From positions 1-32,666 of the forward strand of contig URWJ01000001.1 in assembly GCA_900551535.1 (NCBI GenBank): a stretch of DNA of 32,666 nucleotides, read 5' to 3'. Below are positions 1 through 9,531 of this stretch, piece after piece; position 1 is the first letter of the stretch, and the number at the start of each line of letters is the position of its first letter. Origin of the DNA: an uncultured Granulicatella sp. (GTDB lineage: Bacteria > Bacillota > Bacilli > Lactobacillales > Aerococcaceae). A program made the position numbers and the translations under genes. The notes under the pieces are model-generated. The model was given only the letters and a program-made list of their open reading frames with translations. It had not been told where the DNA came from and made no database searches.

Positions 1-1
1 G

Positions 2-379
2 ACTCAGCAAAGTGCTGTACAAGAAACCACGGTTGCTACTACAACAACAAAAGCTCCCGAAGTTACTAGTGTAAATTACTCATACGCGAATGGGAATGCT
101 TTATACTATACTGCTCAAGTAAGTAAATTCCCTCTAGAGGTTAAGGTGTTGAACCAAGCAAGAACCGATCTTTGGGCTCAAATCTCTGCAGACGGAACAG
201 TTGTCGCGGATGGAGTACCAAGTACTGGTCAAACAGTTTCTGGTTCTATTCCAGAAGGAACAACAACCATTCGCATGGATTTTGGTTATACACCTTTAGG
301 AACGATTACCGTTGGAGGCGTTGAACTAAAAATTCCAGAGGGTTCAACTGCAAATAGAATTTATATTACAGTACAATAG
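2..379 (+). CDS. rodZ: 3' part of RodZ-like (YmfM) membrane protein, truncated by window start
   Basis: The frame of ORF 146..379 is open from base 2 (TQQSAVQETTVATTTTKAPEV..., a Thr-rich linker then a beta-rich C-terminal domain). It lies directly upstream of pgsA-cinA-recA, the conserved Firmicute position of rodZ. Identity rests mainly on synteny. Confidence 0.65.
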   Translation, partial: TQQSAVQETTVATTTTKAPEVTSVNYSYANGNALYYTAQVSKFPLEVKVLNQARTDLWAQISADGTVVADGVPSTGQTVSGSIPEGTTTIRMDFGYTPLGTITVGGVELKIPEGSTANRIYITVQ

Positions 380-389
380 GAGAAACTCA

Positions 390-983
390 GTGAATTTACC
401 AAATAAATTAACCGTAATGAGAATTTTCATGATCCCGGTATTTATCGTTCTCATGAGTTTGCCAAGTGAAGTGTTCGGTTCGATGAATCTTTTAGGTTCA
501 CAAATAAACATTGTACACTTCTTGGCAATGATTATTTTCGCGGTAGCTAGCTTTACAGATTATCTTGATGGCTATTTAGCACGCAAATACAAATTAGTAA
601 CAAACTTTGGGAAGTTTGCTGATCCTTTAGCAGATAAAATGCTAGTCATGAGTGCATTCATTATGCTTGTTTCATTCAATTTAGCACCTGCTTGGGTCGT
701 AAGTATCATTGTTTGTCGTGAATTAGCAGTAACGGGGCTTCGATTATTATTAGTCACAGATGGCGAAGTCATGGCAGCTGCTTGGCCAGGAAAAGTAAAA
801 ACCGCTACTCAAATGTTGGCGATTATTTTCCTATTAACAGATGATTTGTTCTTTAAGGCCATTGGAATTCCAATCGGACAAATCTTACTTTATAGTTGTT
901 TAGTATTTACAATCTATTCAGGTTTGGATTATTTTGTAAAGAATCGACATGTATTTGCGGATTCATTTACTAAAACAGAATAA
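390..983 (+). CDS. pgsA: CDP-diacylglycerol--glycerol-3-phosphate 3-phosphatidyltransferase
   Basis: MNLPNKLT start; CDP-alcohol phosphotransferase motif DYLDGYLAR...GKFADPLADK; GTG start with AGGAG SD. Confidence 0.97.
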   Translation: MNLPNKLTVMRIFMIPVFIVLMSLPSEVFGSMNLLGSQINIVHFLAMIIFAVASFTDYLDGYLARKYKLVTNFGKFADPLADKMLVMSAFIMLVSFNLAPAWVVSIIVCRELAVTGLRLLLVTDGEVMAAAWPGKVKTATQMLAIIFLLTDDLFFKAIGIPIGQILLYSCLVFTIYSGLDYFVKNRHVFADSFTKTE

Positions 984-989
984 CAAACG

Positions 990-1023
990 AAGCCTGAAAC
1001 AGTTGTTTTGGGCTTTTATTTTT
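990..1023 (+). terminator. Intrinsic terminator after pgsA
   Basis: AAGCCTGAAAC-agtt-GTTTTGGGCTT hairpin (two G-U pairs) followed by a T-rich tract. Confidence 0.65.
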
Positions 1024-1051
1024 ACAAAAGAGTGTTAAGGAAGGCGAAATT

Positions 1052-2305
1052 ATGAATGCAGAAATCATTGCAGTTGGTACAGAGTTACTAATGGGGCAAA
1101 TTGTGAACACGAATAGTGCGTATCTAGCTCAAGAACTAGCTAAAAACTCGATTCCAACATACTATCAACAAGTGGTTGGTGATAATGAAGAAAGAATGTA
1201 TGAAGCGATTGAATTAGCCGCTTCAAGAAGTGAGTTGATTATTTTATCTGGAGGTCTTGGACCAACAACAGACGATATTACAAAACAAGTACTGGCGCGT
1301 TTTTTAGATGTGCCACTTGTTGAAGATGAAAAAGCTCTTCAAAAAGTAATCGATTTTCACGCTCGTTCTCATCGAGATATGAGTGAAAATAATCGTAGAC
1401 AGGCTTTAGCTTTTGAGGGCGGTACTGTTTTTGAAAATCATAATGGACTTGCAGTTGGTTGTGGTTTTGAAAAAGATGGCCGACAATTCATTGTTCTACC
1501 TGGACCACCAAATGAATTAAAAATGATGATGCAAAAAGAAGTGTTGCCTTTCTTACGTAAGAAAGTGGGCAAAGTGGATTTATTCGAATCTCGTTACTTG
1601 CGTTTCTTTGGAATTGGGGAATCACGCTTAGTGACCATCCTAGAAGATTTAATCGAGGGACAAACAAATCCAACGATTGCACCATATGCCGGTAAATTCG
1701 AAGTGATGCTTCGCTTAACCGCTAACGGGAAAACAGAAGAAGAGTGCCAAGACTTACTTGACGGAATGGAACTATTAATCCAATCACAAGTTGGAGAATT
1801 CTTCTATGGATACGGCGACCACAATACGTTGCAAGAAGTGACTGTTGAGTTATTAAAAGAATCAGGACTCACAATTGCCTCTGCTGAAAGTTTAACTGGA
1901 GGACTGTTTGCCGCAAGTGTCGTGGCGTTTGAGGGAAGCTCCGCCTATTTCCAAGGGGGAACAGTTGCTTATCAACGAGAAGCGAAAGAAACGCAACTAG
2001 GAATCGACAGCACCTTGCTCGATCAATACGGAATGGTCAGTGCAGAATGTGCTAAAGCGATGGCCGAACAAGCAAGACTCCATTATCAAAGTGATTTGGG
2101 AATTTCATTTACAGGAGTCGCTGGACCAAGTGAAATGGAAGGAAAAGAAGTCGGAACGATTTTCGTCGCATTAGCGTCTCAAACAGATGTAGAAGTGTTA
2201 GAATTACATCTTGCACGTACTCGTAACGACAACCGTGAATTCGCGGTACAACATGGTTGGAATTTACTTAGAAAATATTTATTAAAACAAGTTCGAACAA
2301 AATAA
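1052..2305 (+). CDS. cinA: Competence/damage-inducible protein CinA (molybdopterin-binding-like domain plus NMN deamidase domain)
   Basis: MNAEIIAVGTELLMGQIVNTN start; GGLGPTxDDIT, LPGPP and AESLTGG motifs; located upstream of recA. Confidence 0.96.
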   Translation: MNAEIIAVGTELLMGQIVNTNSAYLAQELAKNSIPTYYQQVVGDNEERMYEAIELAASRSELIILSGGLGPTTDDITKQVLARFLDVPLVEDEKALQKVIDFHARSHRDMSENNRRQALAFEGGTVFENHNGLAVGCGFEKDGRQFIVLPGPPNELKMMMQKEVLPFLRKKVGKVDLFESRYLRFFGIGESRLVTILEDLIEGQTNPTIAPYAGKFEVMLRLTANGKTEEECQDLLDGMELLIQSQVGEFFYGYGDHNTLQEVTVELLKESGLTIASAESLTGGLFAASVVAFEGSSAYFQGGTVAYQREAKETQLGIDSTLLDQYGMVSAECAKAMAEQARLHYQSDLGISFTGVAGPSEMEGKEVGTIFVALASQTDVEVLELHLARTRNDNREFAVQHGWNLLRKYLLKQVRTK

Positions 2306-2318
2306 GAACAAATGTTCG
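2305..2318. promoter_or_regulatory. LexA (SOS/Cheo) box upstream of recA
   Basis: AGAACAAATGTTCG matches the Firmicute LexA consensus CGAAC-N4-GTTCG at all but one position; lies just upstream of the putative -35. Confidence 0.85.
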
Positions 2319-2326
2319 CATATTGC

Positions 2327-2356
2327 TTGCGCATGGAATAGAACATAGTGTACAAT
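2327..2356 (+). promoter_or_regulatory. Putative sigma-A promoter of recA
   Basis: TTGCGC-18 bp-TACAAT upstream of the GGAGG SD. Confidence 0.55.
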
Positions 2357-2390
2357 ATGTTTGACTTAAAATTCGTGGAGGAATTAAAAC

Positions 2391-3437
2391 ATGGCAGAAA
2401 ATGAAAATCGTCAAAGAGCATTGGAAGATGCGCTAAAGAAAATTGAAAAGAGCTACGGTAAAGGTGCCGTAATGAAATTAGGAGAAAAAGTAGATACACA
2501 AATTCAAACAGTATCTTCAGGTTCTCTAGCATTAGATATCGCATTAGGCGTAGGTGGATTCCCACGTGGACGTATCATCGAAGTATACGGACCAGAATCT
2601 TCAGGTAAAACAACTGTTGCATTACATGCTGTTGCGGAAGTTCAAAAACGTGGTGGAGTAGCAGCGTTTATCGATGCTGAGCACGCTCTAGATCCAGAAT
2701 ACGCAAAAGCTTTAGGCGTAAACATTGATGAATTATTATTATCTCAACCAGATACAGGGGAACAAGGATTAGGAATTGCAGATGCTTTAGTATCATCTGG
2801 AGCCGTTGACATTGTAATCGTCGACTCAGTTGCTGCGTTAGTTCCACGTGCCGAAATCGATGGCGACATGGGGCAATCACACGTAGGTCTTCAAGCTCGT
2901 TTAATGTCTCAAGCATTACGTAAATTATCAGGTTCAATTAATAAAACAAAAACAATCGCAATCTTTATCAACCAAATCCGTGAAAAAGTGGGCGTTATGT
3001 TCGGAAACCCTGAAACAACACCTGGTGGACGTGCGTTGAAATTCTACGCGACTGTTCGTTTAGAAGTACGTCGTGCAGACCAAATCAAACAAGGTACTGA
3101 AATTTTAGGGAACCAAACTAAAATCAAAGTTGTTAAAAATAAAGTGGCTCCACCATTTAAAACAGCTGTTGTGGATATTATGTACGGAGAAGGGATTTCT
3201 CAACTTGGGGAATTACTCGATATGGCAGCAGACCTCGACTTCGTGAAGAAGAGTGGTGCATGGTACGCTTATAACGACGAGAAGATTGGTCAAGGTCGTG
3301 AAAATGCTAAAGCATACTTGGCAGACCATCCAGAAGTCGTTGCCGACTTGAATCAAAAAGTTCGTGCCCACTATGGCATTGGAGTAGCAGCTCCTGTCGA
3401 AGTGGAAGAAGAAGGACAAACAAGTTTATTAGACTAA
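2391..3437 (+). CDS. recA: Recombinase RecA
   Basis: [11 protein letters not shown]alker [24 protein letters not shown]. Confidence 0.99.
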   Translation: MAENENRQRALEDALKKIEKSYGKGAVMKLGEKVDTQIQTVSSGSLALDIALGVGGFPRGRIIEVYGPESSGKTTVALHAVAEVQKRGGVAAFIDAEHALDPEYAKALGVNIDELLLSQPDTGEQGLGIADALVSSGAVDIVIVDSVAALVPRAEIDGDMGQSHVGLQARLMSQALRKLSGSINKTKTIAIFINQIREKVGVMFGNPETTPGGRALKFYATVRLEVRRADQIKQGTEILGNQTKIKVVKNKVAPPFKTAVVDIMYGEGISQLGELLDMAADLDFVKKSGAWYAYNDEKIGQGRENAKAYLADHPEVVADLNQKVRAHYGIGVAAPVEVEEEGQTSLLD

Positions 3438-3443
3438 TCAATC

Positions 3444-3479
3444 AAAAGAATCGAGCGCTTTAGTTCGATTCTTTTTTTA
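3444..3479 (+). terminator. Intrinsic terminator after recA
   Basis: AAAAGAATCGAGC-gcttta-GTTCGATTCTTTT followed by further Ts. Confidence 0.85.
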
Positions 3480-3524
3480 TGCAAAGTTTACTAACTGCTT
3501 AAGGTTTCATAAGATTGCTAGCAT

Positions 3525-3562
3525 TTTACATTAAAATAATGTACTCTTATGGTTGGTATAAT
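3525..3562 (+). promoter_or_regulatory. Putative promoter(s) of the ytgP operon
   Basis: Extended -10 TG-G-TATAAT at 3554-3562; also TTTACA-17 bp-TATGGT at 3525-3553. Confidence 0.55.
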
Positions 3563-3586
3563 TTAAGAAAGAGGATTTATCAATAT

Positions 3587-5257
3587 ATGTTTAAAAGAAA
3601 GCCTTATGTAGGCCTGAGTGATAAAATTCGAAATCAGAAAAATTCGCAACAAATTCTCTTGGAAAGTTCATCTTGGTTAACGATTGGGAATATCGTCTCA
3701 AGATTACTTGGAGCACTATATATCATCCCTTGGGGAATGTGGATGGGTGCCGATAGGGATAATGCGAACTACCTATATTTTATCGCCTATAATATTTATG
3801 CTTTAGTATTACAAATATCAACGGCAGGGATTCCTGTTGCGATTTCTAAAATCGTAGCGGATAACCAAGCAAGAAGAGACTATAAAACAAGTTGGCGCTT
3901 GTTCAAAGGAACGATGGTCTTTATGACATTCCTTGGAGTGGTCTTTGCGGCGGGAATGTATTTCTCAGCACCACTTTTTGCAAAAGGAGCTACTCCTGAA
4001 GAGATTGCGGATAGTATTTTGGTCATCCGTTCGCTAACGCCTGCGGTACTCATTATTCCACCGCTTAGCTTAATGCGTGGATACTATCAAGGATATAATG
4101 AGATGGCTGCTTCTGCGAAATCTCAATTATGGGAACAAGTAGTCCGTATCTTGTATATGTTAGGATTAACGTATTTTGTAATGCGTATTGTTTCTGGCGG
4201 TTATGTTCTTGCTGTAGCCCATTCAACATTTGCGGCCTTTGTCGGAGCGGTCATCGCGTTCTTATACTTAGCGTATAAGATGTTCCGTGACCATAAAGGC
4301 ATGATGGAATTAATGGAAGAAGGGCGTCCTGAACGTCCATTAAGTTTCTGGAAGATTATTTTTGAAGTCATGCGTGAAGCTTTACCTTTCGTATTAGTAA
4401 CTTCAAGTATTCAAATCATCAGCTTGATTGACCAAGAAACATTCCAACGTCTGGTTCCAATCTTTACGAACTTCTCGTTTGAAGAAGGAAAAGAACAGAT
4501 TACTTTATTTGGATTTAATGCGAATAAGGTTATTATGATTGTCATTTCGCTAGCGATGAGTATTTCAACAGCGGCATTGCCACTGCTTGCGGCTCATTAT
4601 TCAGTCAATGACCGTGAAGAAGTGAAACGCGTCATTGCGAACAACTTAGGATTATTTGCGTACATCATGATTCCAGCTTCTGTCGGAATGGCGATTGTAT
4701 CAGAACCGATTTATAACGTGTTCTATTCACCAGATCCAACAGGAACGTATTTATTAATGGTTTCATGTATCATGTGTGTGTTCTTAGGATTATTCGTAAC
4801 GTTCACATACATCCTGCAATCAATGGAACAACATATCATTGCGATTAAAGCATTAGGATTTACAGTGCTTATTAAATTGCTATGGCAACCAATGATGATT
4901 TACTTCCTTGGTGGAGCAGGTCCATTAATTGCCAGCTCAGTAGCATACTTTGTAGCGACGCTTTATATGTGCCGTCACGTTCTTCGTATTACACGATTCG
5001 ATTTGAATTACGTATTGAAGAAATTCGGGCAAGTGCTTCTTGCTTCTCTTGCGATGGCCATCACTTCAGCACTGACTCTTTATGCGATTAAACATGTAAT
5101 GCCAATCGGTGGTAAAGTTCGTGCGTTAATTGCAGTTGCGGTTGTAGGTTTTGTCGGAGCGGCGACTTACGGACTAATTACCTTGAAGAATCGATTAGCT
5201 GATGAAATGCTTGGCGCTCGCGTCGGTGGCATTCGTCGTAAATTGAGGATGAAATAA
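3587..5257 (+). CDS. murJ: YtgP/MurJ-type MOP-family flippase (polysaccharide biosynthesis protein; probable lipid II flippase)
   Basis: Polytopic membrane protein with SRLLGALYIIPW, ISTAGIPVAISK and RGYYQG motifs typical of YtgP. Start moved to ATG 3587 (SD AAAGAGGA) because the TTG 3515 extension runs through the promoter. Confidence 0.85.
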   Translation: MFKRKPYVGLSDKIRNQKNSQQILLESSSWLTIGNIVSRLLGALYIIPWGMWMGADRDNANYLYFIAYNIYALVLQISTAGIPVAISKIVADNQARRDYKTSWRLFKGTMVFMTFLGVVFAAGMYFSAPLFAKGATPEEIADSILVIRSLTPAVLIIPPLSLMRGYYQGYNEMAASAKSQLWEQVVRILYMLGLTYFVMRIVSGGYVLAVAHSTFAAFVGAVIAFLYLAYKMFRDHKGMMELMEEGRPERPLSFWKIIFEVMREALPFVLVTSSIQIISLIDQETFQRLVPIFTNFSFEEGKEQITLFGFNANKVIMIVISLAMSISTAALPLLAAHYSVNDREEVKRVIANNLGLFAYIMIPASVGMAIVSEPIYNVFYSPDPTGTYLLMVSCIMCVFLGLFVTFTYILQSMEQHIIAIKALGFTVLIKLLWQPMMIYFLGGAGPLIASSVAYFVATLYMCRHVLRITRFDLNYVLKKFGQVLLASLAMAITSALTLYAIKHVMPIGGKVRALIAVAVVGFVGAATYGLITLKNRLADEMLGARVGGIRRKLRMK

Positions 5258-5973
5258 TGAGATTAGATAAATGTTTAGCAGATTGTGGCCTTGGAACTCG
5301 TTCCGAGGTCAAATCTTTATTAAAGGCCAAACGAATTACCGTCAATGGTAAAGTCGTAAACAATGGTAAAGTTCAAGTGAATCCTGAAACGGATGAGATT
5401 TTGTTTGATGGCGAGAAGATTCAATACGAAGAGTTCGTCTATATTATGATGAATAAGCCTAAGGGAGTCGTTAGTGCGACAGAAGATAATCTTCATAAAA
5501 CAGTACTGGATTTAATCGATCCGCTTTATTTTAAAAAAGGAGTCTTCCCAGTAGGCCGTTTGGATATCGATACGCATGGATTATTGCTTTTGACAAATGA
5601 TGGAGAATTGGCGCACCGTCTTCTTTCACCGAAGAAACACGTTACAAAAATCTACCAAGCAAGAGTTGAAGGCGTGATGACTCCTGAAGATGCGACTGCT
5701 TTTGAGAAGGGCATCGTCTTATCGGATGGAACGGAGTGTATGCCAGCGCGTCTGGATATTCTTAGCACGACGCAGGATGAGTCAATCGTTCAGATTCATT
5801 TGAAAGAAGGAAAATTCCATCAGGTTAAACGAATGGTGAAAGCCTGTGGGAAAACTGTTGTGGATTTACAGCGACTCACGATGGGGCCACTCAAGTTAGA
5901 TGAGAGCCTCGCGTTAGGAGAGAGCAGACCCTTAACTGAAGAAGAATTAGAATCATTAATGATGAATGAATAA
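5257..5973 (+). CDS. RsuA-family pseudouridine synthase (YtzG-like)
   Basis: MRLDK S4 domain; NKPKG; GRLDIDT catalytic Asp; EGKFHQVKRM. TAATG overlap with the upstream stop. Confidence 0.93.
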   Translation: MRLDKCLADCGLGTRSEVKSLLKAKRITVNGKVVNNGKVQVNPETDEILFDGEKIQYEEFVYIMMNKPKGVVSATEDNLHKTVLDLIDPLYFKKGVFPVGRLDIDTHGLLLLTNDGELAHRLLSPKKHVTKIYQARVEGVMTPEDATAFEKGIVLSDGTECMPARLDILSTTQDESIVQIHLKEGKFHQVKRMVKACGKTVVDLQRLTMGPLKLDESLALGESRPLTEEELESLMMNE

Positions 5974-5975
5974 CG

Positions 5976-6006
5976 AAAGCTTAGGAGAAATCCTAGGCTT
6001 TTATTT
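5976..6006 (+). terminator. Intrinsic terminator
   Basis: AAAGCTTAGGA-gaaa-TCCTAGGCTTT followed by a T-rich tract. Confidence 0.8.
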
Positions 6007-6097
6007 GTTATAGAAAGGGTTTAACCGCTTTTCATCCTTTTGTAAAAATGGTAAGATAAGACTATTGAATCTACTTGATAGAGATTGGAGCGATTGG

Positions 6098-7507
6098 ATG
6101 ACAATTGATTGGAAAAAAGAAGTAGAACTTCGTAAAGAAGATCTATTAAAAGATTTATTCACATTATTACGTATCGACAGTGTGCGTGATGATTCTAAAG
6201 CGACAGAGGATGCACCAGTAGGTCCTGGACCTAAAGAAGCGCTAGAAGCATTCTTAGCAATCGGTGAACGTGATGGTTTCACAACAAAACAAGTTGGAAA
6301 CTTAGCAGGTCACATCGAATTTGCACCAAATCCAGACTATAAAGAAACTCTTGGAGTTTTAGGTCACGTGGACGTTGTTCCAGTAGGGACTGGATGGGAT
6401 ACAGATCCATTCGAGCCACAAATTATTAATGACCGTATTTATGCGCGTGGTTCAAGCGATGATAAAGGACCAAGTATGGCAGCATACTACGCATTAAAAA
6501 TCATCAAAGAATTAGGATTACCAGTTTCAAAACGTGTTCGTTTCATTATCGGAACAGACGAAGAATCAGGTTGGAAATGTATGGACCGTTACTTCCAAAC
6601 AGAAGAAATGCCAGACTTTGGTTTCTCACCAGACGCAACATTCCCAATCATCAATGGTGAAAAAGGAATCCTTTCATTACACTATGATATTCCTGGGGGA
6701 GCTGCAGAAGGCGACTACCAATTATTAAGCTTCGACGCAGGTTTACGTGAAAACATGGTTCCTCAAGATGCGCATGCGGAAATCGTTGTTCCAAATGCTG
6801 ATGAAGTAGTTGATCGCTTCTTTGCATATGTTGCTGCAAATCCTGTTGAAGGTAGTGCTCAAGTATTAGACGGCAAAGTTATCTTAGACGTTGTTGGTAA
6901 ATCAGCACACGGATCTACTCCAGATAAAGGAATCAATGCTGGAACTCACTTAGCTAAATTCTTAAACCAATTCAACTTCAAAGGCAACGCGAAAAAATAC
7001 TTAGCTTTTGCTGCTGAAGTATTACATGAAGATACTGATGGTAAAAACTTGAAAGTAGACTTCAACCATGAAGTGATGGGACCATTAACTGCCAATGCCG
7101 GAATCTTCACTTACACACCAGAATTAGGTGGGGTAGCTGTAGTAAACTTCCGTTATCCATTAGGCGTTACTGCAGAAGGTCTTGAAATTAAGACAGAAGT
7201 TGTGGCTTCAGGATATGGTTTCACTGTTGCTCACGGTAAAGCACAAGTTCCTCACTATGTATCACCAGAAGATAAATTAGTATCAACATTATTAGATGTA
7301 TATCACCGTCAAACAGGATTACCTGCACATGAACAATCAATCGGTGGTGGAACATACGGACGTATCTTTGAACGTGGTGTAGCGTATGGTGCGCTATTCC
7401 CAGACTCAATCGATACAATGCACCAAGCAAATGAATTCTTCGCATTAGAAGATTTATTCAGATCAGCTGCAATTTACGCAGAAGCGATTTACGAATTAAT
7501 TAAATAA
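6098..7507 (+). CDS. pepV: Dipeptidase PepV (M20 family)
   Basis: GHVDVVP, ARGSSDDKGP, GTDEESG, GGGTY and HQANE motifs. ATG 6098 has a GGAG SD; extended -10 TGGTAAGAT at 6049-6057. Confidence 0.95.
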   Translation: MTIDWKKEVELRKEDLLKDLFTLLRIDSVRDDSKATEDAPVGPGPKEALEAFLAIGERDGFTTKQVGNLAGHIEFAPNPDYKETLGVLGHVDVVPVGTGWDTDPFEPQIINDRIYARGSSDDKGPSMAAYYALKIIKELGLPVSKRVRFIIGTDEESGWKCMDRYFQTEEMPDFGFSPDATFPIINGEKGILSLHYDIPGGAAEGDYQLLSFDAGLRENMVPQDAHAEIVVPNADEVVDRFFAYVAANPVEGSAQVLDGKVILDVVGKSAHGSTPDKGINAGTHLAKFLNQFNFKGNAKKYLAFAAEVLHEDTDGKNLKVDFNHEVMGPLTANAGIFTYTPELGGVAVVNFRYPLGVTAEGLEIKTEVVASGYGFTVAHGKAQVPHYVSPEDKLVSTLLDVYHRQTGLPAHEQSIGGGTYGRIFERGVAYGALFPDSIDTMHQANEFFALEDLFRSAAIYAEAIYELIK

Positions 7508-7519
7508 GCGTAAGTGATT

Positions 7520-7552
7520 AGGAGAACGGATTTCCGTTCTCCTTTTTCTTTT
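7520..7552 (+). terminator. Intrinsic terminator after pepV
   Basis: AGGAGAACGG-attt-CCGTTCTCCT followed by a T tract. Confidence 0.9.
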
Positions 7553-7694
7553 AAGATGATGTTTATAAAAGGATGTATCTTGCCTTATGAATGTCAAAAA
7601 TACTTTTTTCTAGATAAAAAATAAGAAGTTATAACAATTTCGGAGATTTATCTACAAAAATGGACTTTATTCGGGATTTCAATCGATTCAGTTA

Positions 7695-7722
7695 TTGCTT
7701 TTTTTCACAAATATCCTATACT
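7695..7722 (+). promoter_or_regulatory. Putative promoter of the ABC exporter
   Basis: TTGCTT-16 bp-TATACT. Confidence 0.4.
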
Positions 7723-7808
7723 GAAGTTAATAATGAATATGAATGATAGTTTAGAGTAGAAGAATAACGCATAAATTTGATTAGAATCTTTTTTTGTTGT
7801 GAAGTGAA

Positions 7809-9410
7809 ATGATGGATTATATGAAGAAAATTTTGGAGTGGTTACCACGCAAATACTTAGTACTTATTGCTATTGGTATGTCTTTAACAGCTTTAGACGG
7901 TATTATTATTCCTTCCTTTATTTCAGGATTAATAGACATTTCATCAACTCAAAAAGTTGAGGATTTAGTAAAAATTTCAATCATAGGTATTCTTAGTTAT
8001 TCGCTTATTCGGCTTGGATTATTTATATGGGAAGATTCTCAACAAAGAATGATAAAGCAATTAACATTAACGCTTAAAGAAAAAATCATTACAGCATTCT
8101 TTTATGGAAAGTTTAACCAACAGGAAGTAGAGTCAATAGTGCTTAGTGAATTAAAACTATTAGAAGAACAAGGAATTAAGTCTATCATGGGATTTTTCTA
8201 TTGCCTCGTTTTTGCGTTGGTTACCTTGTTGTATGTATCTGCCATAGATTTAAAGTTAGCAGCCCTCTTTATTACGTTATCGTTCTTACCAATATTAGTC
8301 CCAAAATTATTTGCTAAATCTATTCGAAAGCATTCAAAGGAATGGGCTGAAGTAAACCAATTAAGCATCTTGCAACAACAAGAATATTTGAAAAGTAAGC
8401 CAATCATTAAAAATTTTTTTGTTGAAAAAATCTTCTTGAATAAGTTGATGGGAACATTGACTCAAACAGAAGAAGCCTATTTTCAAATGAATCATGTTCG
8501 ATTTACATCGAAGTTATTAGCAAACTTACTTTCAGGATTAAGTTCATTTGTGCCGTTAGCTATTGGGGTATATCTCGTTATTGTTGGGGACACTAAGTTA
8601 GCCACAGTTATTGCAATTTATTTAGCTAGCGATCGTATTGTTGGTCCTTTACTTAGTGCAATAGATTATTATCAAAGATTTAATTCAATCATTCCTGTAA
8701 TTGAAAGAGTAGAAAAGTATACAGAGTTTGAATGTGATAATTCTGAAAGTAAATCTAGTATTGATACAGTATTTCCGATTGAGCTACAACAGTGTAGTGT
8801 TCAAATTGATGGAATAACTATACTAGACGAAATTGATTTCGAAATTAATGAGAATGATAGGATACTGATTATGGGACCATCAGGCTCTGGAAAATCTACA
8901 CTCTTAGAATTAATATACGGACTCTATGTATCTAAAGATGGAGTTCAAAAGTATAATGGAATTGAGAGACAATTAGTTTCAGAAGATGATTTAAAGAAAC
9001 ATATTGGGTTCTTTACTCAGGAATCAAGGATTTTCTATGAGTCGTTAAAATTTAATATTTCTCTAGGAGAAGATTATTCTGATAGTGAAGTTACCTCTGT
9101 TATTCAAAAAGTAGGGCTAGGTTACTTAGTCGATAGAATAGGGCTACATAATGCAGAAGTAAATCTTGATGAATCACTTTCTGGAGGAGAAAAAGCTAGA
9201 ATCTGTCTAGCTCGTCTATTGCTTAGAAAATATCAATTGCTGTTACTAGATGAGTTTTCTTCCGCTATTGATGAAGATACAACGATGATGATTAGGAAGC
9301 TTCTCATTAATGATAACATTCCATTTGTAGAGATAGCACATAGGGTGCCAAAAGATATCGACTTATACAATAAGCGTTACACTTTGGAGTCTGGTCGATT
9401 AATACACTAA
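7809..9410 (+). CDS. ABC exporter, fused permease and ATPase (half transporter), substrate unknown
   Basis: N-terminal TM helices; Walker A GPSGSGKST, signature LSGGE, Walker B LLLLDE, H-loop IAHR. Start could be 7809, 7812 or 7821. Confidence 0.9.
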   Translation: MMDYMKKILEWLPRKYLVLIAIGMSLTALDGIIIPSFISGLIDISSTQKVEDLVKISIIGILSYSLIRLGLFIWEDSQQRMIKQLTLTLKEKIITAFFYGKFNQQEVESIVLSELKLLEEQGIKSIMGFFYCLVFALVTLLYVSAIDLKLAALFITLSFLPILVPKLFAKSIRKHSKEWAEVNQLSILQQQEYLKSKPIIKNFFVEKIFLNKLMGTLTQTEEAYFQMNHVRFTSKLLANLLSGLSSFVPLAIGVYLVIVGDTKLATVIAIYLASDRIVGPLLSAIDYYQRFNSIIPVIERVEKYTEFECDNSESKSSIDTVFPIELQQCSVQIDGITILDEIDFEINENDRILIMGPSGSGKSTLLELIYGLYVSKDGVQKYNGIERQLVSEDDLKKHIGFFTQESRIFYESLKFNISLGEDYSDSEVTSVIQKVGLGYLVDRIGLHNAEVNLDESLSGGEKARICLARLLLRKYQLLLLDEFSSAIDEDTTMMIRKLLINDNIPFVEIAHRVPKDIDLYNKRYTLESGRLIH

Positions 9411-9448
9411 TCATTTATAAAAAAATCCCTTTGAAACTTTGAAGTTTT

Positions 9449-9478
9449 TTGCTAAATCGCTATAAAACGTGCTATACT
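9449..9478 (+). promoter_or_regulatory. Putative promoter of ezrA
   Basis: TTGCTA-18 bp-TATACT with an extended TG at 9470-9471. Confidence 0.6.
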
Positions 9479-9531
9479 ACTAATGATATTATGTGTGAAA
9501 ACTGTAAATATATATATTTGGAGGCTATAGC

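Noticed and set aside
1108..1115. CACGAATA resembling a ComX cin-box (TACGAATA)
   Set aside because: It lies inside the cinA coding region with a mismatch. No cin-box was seen upstream of cinA.
2179..2565. 128-aa minus-strand ORF over cinA/recA
   Set aside because: Antisense to two conserved genes, no recognisable motif; a shadow ORF.
7556..7771. Small ORFs upstream of the orphan ABC exporter (MMFIKGCILPYECQKYFFLDKK; MDFIRDFNRFSYCFFSQISYTEVNNEYE) as peptide substrates
   Set aside because: No properly spaced SD, no double-glycine leader or pheromone-like pattern, and they lie upstream of or across the putative promoter.
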